From Spirochaetia bacterium (GTDB lineage Bacteria; Spirochaetota; Spirochaetia; CADAEX01), in assembly GCA_963662795.1 (NCBI GenBank), contig OY759746.1, forward strand, positions 2,176,001 through 2,240,000: a stretch of DNA of 64,000 nt, given 5' to 3'. Under the pieces are notes generated by a model. The model was not told where the DNA came from. It worked only from the letters and a program-made list of their open reading frames with translations, and ran no database searches. The translations under genes were made by a program, and so were the position numbers. Below, piece by piece: positions 1 to 6,120 of the stretch. Position 1 is the first letter of the stretch. The number at the start of each line of letters is the position of its first letter.

Positions 1-35
1 AATATGAAGAAAAGGAATTATTGGCAGATGAATAA
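1..35 (+). CDS. 3' end of YefM/Phd-type antitoxin (partial, runs off window)
   Basis: Frame from nt 3 reads YEEKELLADE*. Its TAA (33-35) overlaps the start of the toxin ORF (ATGAATAA), the usual TA coupling. Confidence 0.6.
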   Translation, partial: YEEKELLADE

Positions 36-288
36 GCTGTTCACAGATGAGGCATGGAAAGACTATTTATATTGGTTTGAAAATGATAGGAAGCAATTAA
101 AAAAGATTAATGATCTTATAAAAGAAATTGAAAGATCACCATTTGCTGGAATAGGAAAACCAGAATCTCTAAAATATAATTTGAAAGGATTTTGGTCAAG
201 AAGGATTGATCATGAACATAGAATAGTGTATCAAGTCGAAGGTTCTCAGCTAAGAATAATATCTTTAAAATATCATTACGAAAAATAA
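28..288 (+). CDS. yoeB: Txe/YoeB family toxin (RelE superfamily)
   Basis: AWKDYLYW...KKINDLIKEIERSPFAGIGKPESLKYNLKGFWSRRIDHEHRIVY is the Txe/YoeB signature. Likely start is ATG 28. Confidence 0.93.
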   Translation: MNKLFTDEAWKDYLYWFENDRKQLKKINDLIKEIERSPFAGIGKPESLKYNLKGFWSRRIDHEHRIVYQVEGSQLRIISLKYHYEK

Positions 289-322
289 TAAAGTAAATAA
301 TTAAGAGAAAAAAATGGAAGAA

Positions 323-354
323 GTCCGGCCTTGGCGTTGCCGTGCGGCCTGGAC
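323..354. repeat. Conserved pre-attC hairpin B, copy 1
   Basis: GTCCGGCC-TTGGCGTTGCCGTGC-GGCCTGGAC; recurs at 1313, 2706 and 3776. Confidence 0.9.
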
Positions 355-372
355 AAGAAGGGGACGTACTGC

Positions 373-544
373 TGCTAACAGCGGGTAAGAAGCTGCGCTC
401 GGAGTACCTCGCTTGGGCTTCGCCATATTTTGCTTTTATGAAATCAGAACAATTAATATTTCATCATTTCAGATGTGACAAAAGCTGTCAAAATGATTGA
501 AAAGTATTAATCGCAAAACATCTTTTACCCGCGGGACGTTATGC
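373..544 (+). other. attC-like integron recombination site 1
   Basis: R'' TGCTAAC 373-379 and R' GTTATGC 538-544. Inner arms GCGGGTAAGA and TCTTTTACCCGC, with spacer GGGAC before GTT. Confidence 0.85.
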
Positions 545-568
545 TCAATACCAGCCGCAAGAGGAAAT

Positions 569-593
569 CGCCCGGACCTCCGGCCAACGGGCG
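569..593. repeat. Conserved post-attC hairpin A, copy 1
   Basis: CGCCCG-GACCTCCGGCCAA-CGGGCG; near-identical at 1542, 2969 and 4018. Confidence 0.9.
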
Positions 594-665
594 AGAGAGA
601 AAGAGAAACAATAAGTATAGATTATACTGTAAAAGATAAGAAATGCTTATAGAAAATGAAGGATC

Positions 666-699
666 TTGACAATAATATGTAATAACAATATAATTACAT
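666..699 (+). promoter_or_regulatory. Sigma70 promoter with overlapping palindromic operator for mazEF-like cassette
   Basis: TTGACA (666-671)-N17-TATAAT (689-694). Inverted repeat ATGTAAT...ATTACAT spans 677-699. Confidence 0.85.
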
Positions 700-712
700 T
701 AGAGGTAGAGAA

Positions 713-961
713 ATGATAGTTTCTGTTGTTTCCATTGGCAATTCAAAAGGAATACGTCTTCCAAAAGCATTATTAAATCAACTAAAAATATCAGATAAAC
801 TGGATTTAGAAGTAGAAGATCAGAAAATAATACTTAAACCTGTATCTAATAATCCAAGAGCAGGATGGAATTTGGCTTTTAAAGATATGCATAAAAAAAA
901 TGAAGATCAATTATTGATAAATGAAAGTATTGATTCTAAGGATTTCAAATGGGAATGGTAA
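713..961 (+). CDS. AbrB/MazE/SpoVT family antitoxin
   Basis: N-terminal IGNSKGIRLPK swapped-hairpin motif; GAGG RBS; overlaps the toxin. Confidence 0.92.
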   Translation: MIVSVVSIGNSKGIRLPKALLNQLKISDKLDLEVEDQKIILKPVSNNPRAGWNLAFKDMHKKNEDQLLINESIDSKDFKWEW

Positions 962-1278
962 TAAATCAGTATGAAGTTTATCTGGTTGAGCTTGATCCAA
1001 CAAAGGGACATGAAATACAAAAAACAAGACCATGTTTAATTATTTCCCCCGATGAAATGAATCATAATATAAGTACTGTTATTATTGCTCCAATGACAAC
1101 AAAATCACATAATTATCCGACACGTGTAGAATTAAAGTTTTTAGGAAAAAAAGGATGGATAGTTTTAGATCAGATAAGAACAATAGACAAACAGAGATTA
1201 TTAAAAAAAGTTGGTAAGATTGAAATTAAAGAAATTATAAAAGTTAAACAAATCATTAAAGAAATGTTGGTTGATTGA
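955..1278 (+). CDS. PemK/MazF family toxin (mRNA interferase)
   Basis: LDPTKGHEIQKTRPCLIISPDEMN...DQIRTIDKQRL. Confidence 0.93.
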   Translation: MVINQYEVYLVELDPTKGHEIQKTRPCLIISPDEMNHNISTVIIAPMTTKSHNYPTRVELKFLGKKGWIVLDQIRTIDKQRLLKKVGKIEIKEIIKVKQIIKEMLVD

Positions 1279-1312
1279 TAAAAAAAAATAAAATAATAAT
1301 GCATGAGAATAA

Positions 1313-1344
1313 GTCCGGCCTTGGCGTTGCCGTGCGGCCTGGAC
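1313..1344. repeat. Conserved pre-attC hairpin B, copy 2
   Basis: Identical to 323-354. Confidence 0.9.
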
Positions 1345-1364
1345 AAGAAGCGGCTGGTACTGGA

Positions 1365-1518
1365 GCATAACAGCGAATGACCGGTTCCGGCTGTTTCTAA
1401 GGAAACAGCCTCCACCCAAATTGCCGAAATAATACATGTTAAGAATAATGGAATAGAGTATAAACTTTTGGAGTGAAAAACACCATCGGCAACTTCGGTC
1501 ATTCGCGAGACGTTATAC
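1365..1518 (+). other. attC-like site 2
   Basis: R'' GCATAAC 1365-1371 and R' GTTATAC 1512-1518. Arms GCGAATGACCG and CGGTCATTCGC are perfectly complementary; spacer GAGAC. Confidence 0.88.
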
Positions 1519-1541
1519 GAAAAACCACCCCAAGAGAAAAC

Positions 1542-1566
1542 CGCCCGGACCTCCGGCCCACGGGCG
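1542..1566. repeat. Conserved post-attC hairpin A, copy 2
   Basis: CGCCCGGACCTCCGGCCCACGGGCG. Confidence 0.9.
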
Positions 1567-1640
1567 AGGATCAAGACAAAGTAAAAGTGATTGATTATTC
1601 ATTTCAAAATATTAACAGTAACCAGAAAGAGAGGGGTTTT

Positions 1641-1979
1641 ATGAAGAGTTTTCCTGATTTTATGAAAAGTGAATTAAATAAAATTGATCAAAGTCAGCAA
1701 AACACGAAAGATATTGTAGGATATTATTATACTGGAAAAGACGGTTCTCAAATAGCTTTTTAGGAGTGTTACTCAGACAGAGAATCAATAAAACACAAGC
1801 ACGATCTTGATGAGCATATAGTTTGTGTAAGCGGAGAATACATTGCATATTTTACTGAAGAAAAATATATACTACATGCTGGAGATGAAATACATATACC
1901 AAAAAAAACTGAGCAGTGGGGGAAAAGTATAAAAGGAACTAGAACAATTCATTTTTTTGGTGGGAAAAGGATAAAATAA
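1641..1979 (+). pseudogene. Cupin-domain protein with in-frame nonsense codon
   Basis: GAGGGG RBS, then MKSFPDFM...DGSQIAF*ECYSDRESIKHKHDLDEHIVCVSGEY...AGDEIHIPK...TIHFFGGKRIK*. The single TAG is at 1761-1763 (probably from TGG). Confidence 0.75.
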
Positions 1980-2015
1980 AGAAATAGAACTGGGAAACCA
2001 TAAAGTGATTAAGAC

Positions 2016-2053
2016 TTGACATATACGGCAATAATAAATATACTATACGTATA
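2016..2053 (+). promoter_or_regulatory. Sigma70 promoter and palindromic operator of the second TA pair
   Basis: TTGACA (2016-2021)-N17-TATACT (2039-2044); palindrome TATACGTATA at 2044-2053. Confidence 0.8.
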
Positions 2054-2063
2054 GAGGTATAGT

Positions 2064-2303
2064 ATGAACAGGAAGTTGACATTAAGCCTTGATCCTAAAA
2101 TAATTGATTTTGCGCATGATTTTTCAAAAAAATCAAATCAGCCTATTTCGAAAATAGTAGAGAATTACTTTTTAGAATTAAAAAATAAAAATACTTCTAA
2201 ATATGCAAAAGATGTAGAAGATTTGTATGGAATTCTTGAAGGAATAGAAATACCCGATAAAAAAGAAATGAGAAAAGCATTTTATGAAAAAAATATTAAT
2301 TGA
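2064..2303 (+). CDS. DUF6364-like (RHH) antitoxin
   Basis: KLTLSLD...AHDFSK...ISKIVENYF; overlaps the PIN toxin gene. Confidence 0.8.
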   Translation: MNRKLTLSLDPKIIDFAHDFSKKSNQPISKIVENYFLELKNKNTSKYAKDVEDLYGILEGIEIPDKKEMRKAFYEKNIN

Positions 2304-2700
2304 TTTAAATGTAATTCTTGATTTCTTAAATAAAAGAGAAGGACATGAAAAAGCTGCTGATATATTAAATATGTGTTCGTCTGGAAAAGCAGTAGGCTAT
2401 ATCTGTGCTCATGAAATAACAACACTTTCCTATTTTCTTGGAAAAATAATTAAAGAAAAAACGAAAAGAAACAAGATAATAAATGGAATACTGGAGTTAT
2501 TAAATATAATATCAATAGATAAGAAAATATTAAAAGAAGCATTATTGTCAAAAATTGATGATTATGAAGATGCGGTAATTGATGAGTCTGCTAAAAAAGA
2601 AAAAATAGAATATATAATAACAAGAGATTTAAAAGATTTTAAAAATGCAAGCATTAAGGCAATTACACCAGAAGAATATTTAACCAGATCAATATCATAA
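2284..2700 (+). CDS. PIN-domain (VapC-like) toxin
   Basis: ILIDLNVILDFL...DYEDAV...IITRDLKDF acidic PIN motifs. Confidence 0.92.
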   Translation: MKKILIDLNVILDFLNKREGHEKAADILNMCSSGKAVGYICAHEITTLSYFLGKIIKEKTKRNKIINGILELLNIISIDKKILKEALLSKIDDYEDAVIDESAKKEKIEYIITRDLKDFKNASIKAITPEEYLTRSIS

Positions 2701-2705
2701 AGAAC

Positions 2706-2734
2706 CCAAGCCTTGGCGGTGCCGTGCGGCTTGG
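2706..2734. repeat. Conserved pre-attC hairpin B, copy 3 (covariant stem)
   Basis: CCAAGCC-TTGGCGGTGCCGTGC-GGCTTGG. Confidence 0.88.
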
Positions 2735-2752
2735 AAGAAGGGGTGGTTCATC

Positions 2753-2944
2753 GTATAACAGCGATTATTTCGCTGCGCTCCCTATGGTCGCTTGGGCTCC
2801 TGCCAGTTGAGCTGGCAGATCGCCATATTTTGTTTTCATAAAACCGGAACAACATGTGTTTTATGCTCTTCAAGTTTGTAAAAACCAAATAAAAGTATTT
2901 TAGAGTTTAGTCACAAAACATCGAATAATCGCGAGACGTTCTCC
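2753..2944 (+). other. attC-like site 3
   Basis: R'' GTATAAC 2753-2759 and R' GTTCTCC 2938-2944. Arms GCGATTATTTCG and CGAATAATCGC; spacer GAGAC. Confidence 0.85.
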
Positions 2945-2968
2945 GAAATACCGCCCCAGGAGAAGGAT

Positions 2969-2993
2969 CGCCCGGACCTCCGGCCCACGGGCG
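2969..2993. repeat. Conserved post-attC hairpin A, copy 3
   Basis: Identical to 1542-1566. Confidence 0.9.
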
Positions 2994-3064
2994 AGGATAA
3001 GTTAAGAAAATAATACAACAAATGAGTGTGAAAATTGTTAAATGATTATTAAATAGTTGACAAC

Positions 3065-3093
3065 TTGACAATTAAAATAATTACAAATATAAT
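3065..3093 (+). promoter_or_regulatory. Sigma70 promoter, probably producing a leaderless mRNA
   Basis: TTGACA (3065-3070)-N17-TATAAT (3088-3093). ATG is at 3100 and there is no SD sequence. Confidence 0.8.
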
Positions 3094-3099
3094 TAATAT

Positions 3100-3339
3100 A
3101 TGAAAACAATGCAAATAGGAGATTTTAAAGCTCAATTCTCAAAGGTTCTCGAAGAAGTAAAACACGGAGAGGAAATAATAATATCTTATGGTAAACAGAA
3201 GAAAAATGTTGCAGTAATAATTCCATATGAAGAATACAAAGAAAAAAATAGAATTAAATTGGGCTTGTTGAAAGATAAAGCAAGTTATAAATTTAATAAT
3301 GATTATGAAATGACTGAAGAGGAGCTTGTAAGTCTTTGA
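3100..3339 (+). CDS. Phd/YefM family antitoxin
   Basis: MKTMQIGDFKAQFSKVLEEVKHGEEIIIS...VAVIIP. Confidence 0.9.
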   Translation: MKTMQIGDFKAQFSKVLEEVKHGEEIIISYGKQKKNVAVIIPYEEYKEKNRIKLGLLKDKASYKFNNDYEMTEEELVSL

Positions 3340-3733
3340 AATATCTCCTTGATACACATTATTTAATCTGGAGCATAATTGACCCGGATAAAATAGATAA
3401 AAAGAGGAAAAAGATATTATTGGATGTGAATACAGAGAAATATATAAGTCAGATAAGCTTTTGGGAAATATCAATAAAATATTCGCTTGGGAAATTAGAA
3501 TTAAAAGGAATTACTCCTGAAGAATTACTAGAGGCAGCAATAAAATCAGGATTTCAAATATTGGAATTAGAAACAAAAATACTTGCACATCATACAAACT
3601 ACCGAAAAATCCCAACCACAAAGATCCTTTTGACCGTTTAATAATTTGGGAATGTATTTGCAATGATTATATTTTATTAACAGCAGATGAAAAAGTAAAA
3701 GAATATAAAGAAAACGGTTTGAAAATAGTATAG
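3336..3733 (+). pseudogene. VapC/PIN toxin, frameshifted
   Basis: YLLDTHYLIW...ISFWEISIKYSLGKL. After ~3587 the conserved HKDPFDRLIIWE...LLTADE tail continues in another frame to TAG at 3731-3733. Confidence 0.85.
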
Positions 3734-3775
3734 ATAAAATACAATCTACAAATAAATAAATGAAAATAAGAAAGC

Positions 3776-3806
3776 CCCAAGCCTTGGCGGTGCCGTGCGG
3801 CTTGGG
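3776..3806. repeat. Conserved pre-attC hairpin B, copy 4
   Basis: CCCAAGCC-TTGGCGGTGCCGTGC-GGCTTGGG. Confidence 0.88.
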
Positions 3807-3823
3807 AGAAGGGGCGGTACTTC

Positions 3824-3994
3824 CGAGAACAGCGGTTAAAGCGCTTCGCTCGCAGTAGCTCACTTGGGCTCCTGGCTGTTGAGCAGCCAGTTCGCCAAAC
3901 ATCGCAGTTTAGAATAAAAGTATAAGAATCAAGAAATTTGTAAAATAAGCAAATCATAATTTGCGATGCTTCGCTTAACCGCGGGACGTTATCG
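3824..3994 (+). other. attC-like site 4
   Basis: R'' CGAGAAC 3824-3830 and R' GTTATCG 3988-3994. Arms GCGGTTAAAGCG and CGCTTAACCGC; spacer GGGAC. Confidence 0.85.
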
Positions 3995-4017
3995 GCAATG
4001 GCTGGGCAAGAGGAAAT

Positions 4018-4042
4018 CGCCCGGACCTCCGGCCCACGGGCG
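4018..4042. repeat. Conserved post-attC hairpin A, copy 4
   Basis: Identical to 1542-1566. Confidence 0.9.
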
Positions 4043-4114
4043 AAGAATAAGAAATATATATAAAAAAAGAGTATAATAAATGTAAATTAATTCTTGGAAG
4101 GAAAAAGAAAGAAA

Positions 4115-4550
4115 ATGACAAACATAATTATTTTTCTCATGGGGGAGGTCCACTTCCAATACTTGGAGAGCCAAGTCATAAAGAAATGATATCATTTATG
4201 AAAAAACTTCCTGAAGAACTTGATAAACCGAAAGCAATAATAGTAATAAGTGCACATTGGGAGGAAGAAGTACCAACAATAATTGGAAATAATAATCCCT
4301 CGCTTTATTATGATTATTATGGATTTCCCAAGGAAGCATATGAAATAAAATATCCGGCCCATGGAAATGTTGAGTTTGCAAAACAAATTAAACAATTATT
4401 CGAGAAAAACAATATACAGGCAGTGATTGATGATAAGCGTGGATTGGATCATGGAGTCTTTATACCATTATTACTGATGTATCCGGAAGCAGATATACCA
4501 GTAATCCAGATATCATTGGTAAAAGGATTAAGGCCGAAGGAGCATTTATC
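4115..4550 (+). pseudogene. LigB/DODA-type class III extradiol dioxygenase, 5' frameshift and 3' truncation
   Basis: SHGGGPLP is out of frame with ATG 4115. ISAHWEE, YYDYYGFP and RGLDHGVFIPL are present. Similarity stops at ~4550, where attC5 begins. Confidence 0.85.
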
Positions 4551-4712
4551 AGAGGATAAGGCGCATCGCTCCCTATGGTCGCTTGGCCTACGGCATATTT
4601 TGCTATCATTAAAACAGTTCAAATTATGTTTTACTCTATTTAAATATATTCCCAAGACTATTACGTTGAAGAAGATTATAGCAAAACATCGCTTATCCTC
4701 GGGACGTTATGC
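4550..4712 (+). other. attC-like site 5, lacking R'' and hairpin B
   Basis: Arms GAGGATAAG and CTTATCCTC, spacer GGGAC, R' GTTATGC 4706-4712. Internal CGCTCCCTATGGTCGCTTGG is shared with attC3. Confidence 0.8.
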
Positions 4713-4724
4713 TCAATACCAGCC

Positions 4725-6068
4725 TGTGCAATCAGGACATAGGTAACACTTTTTATCACGACATAGGTAACACCACACATGTAAATCTTTTAGTACAATC
4801 CTATTTAGGAGGACTGAGAGATGCCATGGAAGGAGACCAATGTTATGGATCAGAAAAAAGAATTTGTTCTGGAAGCACTCAAGGGAACAATGAATTTTAC
4901 CAGTCTGTGTGCGAAATATTGTATCAGTCCAAAGACTGGCTACAAGTGGAAAGAGAGGTTTCTTGAGCAAGGCTTTGAAGGACTTGAGGAATTATCAAGA
5001 AAACCAAAAACAAGCCCAGAGAGTTTATCAGAAGAAGAGATACTCTCTATAATTAAAATCAAACATCAAAAGAAGAATTGGGGAGCTAAAAAGATCAGAG
5101 AGATTTACGCTAATAAATATCCTGATAAGAGGCTGCCCTCAGTGAGTACATTTAATCGATTTTTTCAGAAGGCTGGATTAGCCAAGAAGCGTCGAAAGAA
5201 GAGAACAGCTGAAGGTATTAGAATTGAAAATCGTGTAGAAGCAACACATCCAAATCATGTATGGACGGTGGATTTTAAAGGATGGTGGTATACCCCTAAC
5301 AGAGAACGAGTAAATCCGCTTATAGTACGAGATGATCATTCCAAGTACATTTTAACAATTAAAACTCTGGATAAGGGTGATACAGCAAGTGTTTACAAGG
5401 AATTCGACCAATTATTCAGGGAATACGGTCTTCCAGAGGTAATTAGATCAGATAATGGCCCTCCTTTTGCGAATATGCGAAGTTTATTCGGTCTGACAAG
5501 ATTATCAGTTTGGTGGCTATCATTAGGGATTAAGTTGGACAGAATAGAACCAGCATCACCTTATCAGAACGGAGCACATGAACGGATGCATTTGGATATG
5601 GCGAATGAATTGGAAGGCCAGATTTATGGAGATATCAGGTATCATCAGAAGATGTTTGAAAAGTGGCGTGTAGAATATAATGAAGAGCGACCGCATGAAT
5701 CACTGAATATGAAAACACCCTCTACAGTATATAAAGTATCAGAGCAGGAATATTATGGGGACTTTGTGGAGTTTGCATATCCGATAAATTACAGAAAACG
5801 TTTTGTAAATAACCGAGGATTTGTCAGCTTTAAAGGTGTTCGCTATTTTGTTGGGAATCCTTTTGGGGGTTATAACATAGGCATACATCCCACTGAAACA
5901 GGGCAGCTGGATGTGTGGTTCGCAGACTCTCTTCTTGGGTATTTTGACCAGGAAAGTTTGTTGCTGGTACCGGAAAAGAAGTATACACTTATGAAAAGAA
6001 AAAGAAGAAAAGTGTTACCGATGTCGTGACACAAATCCTTTACCGATGTCGTGAAACTGGACCCAACA
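4725..6068 (+). mobile_element. IS481 family insertion sequence
   Basis: TGT...ACA ends. Subterminal repeats GACATAGGTAACAC occur twice on the left and TTACCGATGTCGTGA twice on the right. Confidence 0.85.
4821..6029 (+). CDS. IS481 family DDE transposase
   Basis: MPWKET..., HTH, WTVDFKG, IRSDNGPPF, QNGAHERMH, YNEERPHESL. Confidence 0.93.
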   Translation: MPWKETNVMDQKKEFVLEALKGTMNFTSLCAKYCISPKTGYKWKERFLEQGFEGLEELSRKPKTSPESLSEEEILSIIKIKHQKKNWGAKKIREIYANKYPDKRLPSVSTFNRFFQKAGLAKKRRKKRTAEGIRIENRVEATHPNHVWTVDFKGWWYTPNRERVNPLIVRDDHSKYILTIKTLDKGDTASVYKEFDQLFREYGLPEVIRSDNGPPFANMRSLFGLTRLSVWWLSLGIKLDRIEPASPYQNGAHERMHLDMANELEGQIYGDIRYHQKMFEKWRVEYNEERPHESLNMKTPSTVYKVSEQEYYGDFVEFAYPINYRKRFVNNRGFVSFKGVRYFVGNPFGGYNIGIHPTETGQLDVWFADSLLGYFDQESLLLVPEKKYTLMKRKRRKVLPMS

Positions 6069-6120
6069 CGCCGCAAGAATATAACCATGGCTTGTAATAC
6101 AATTCAGCAAAAAGTTGTAA

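Noticed and set aside
569-593. HDV-like ribozyme suggested by GACCTCC in hairpin A
   Set aside because: I could not build the P1/P2/P3 nested pseudoknot from the flanking sequence.
1473-1640. N-terminal extension of ORF 1473-1763
   Set aside because: It reads through attC2 and hairpin A; the RBS-supported start is ATG 1641.
1761-1763. TAG recoding (pyrrolysine or alternative code) in the cupin gene
   Set aside because: TAG is a normal stop for other genes here (30520, 32599), and neighbouring cassette genes are also decayed.
323-4042. CRISPR array formed by the 25-32-nt repeats
   Set aside because: The intervals are 0.2-1.4 kb and contain whole genes, there are two alternating motifs, and no cas genes are present.
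4551-4746. C-terminus of ORF 4186-4746 as real protein
   Set aside because: It is read-through into attC5 and the IS481 end.
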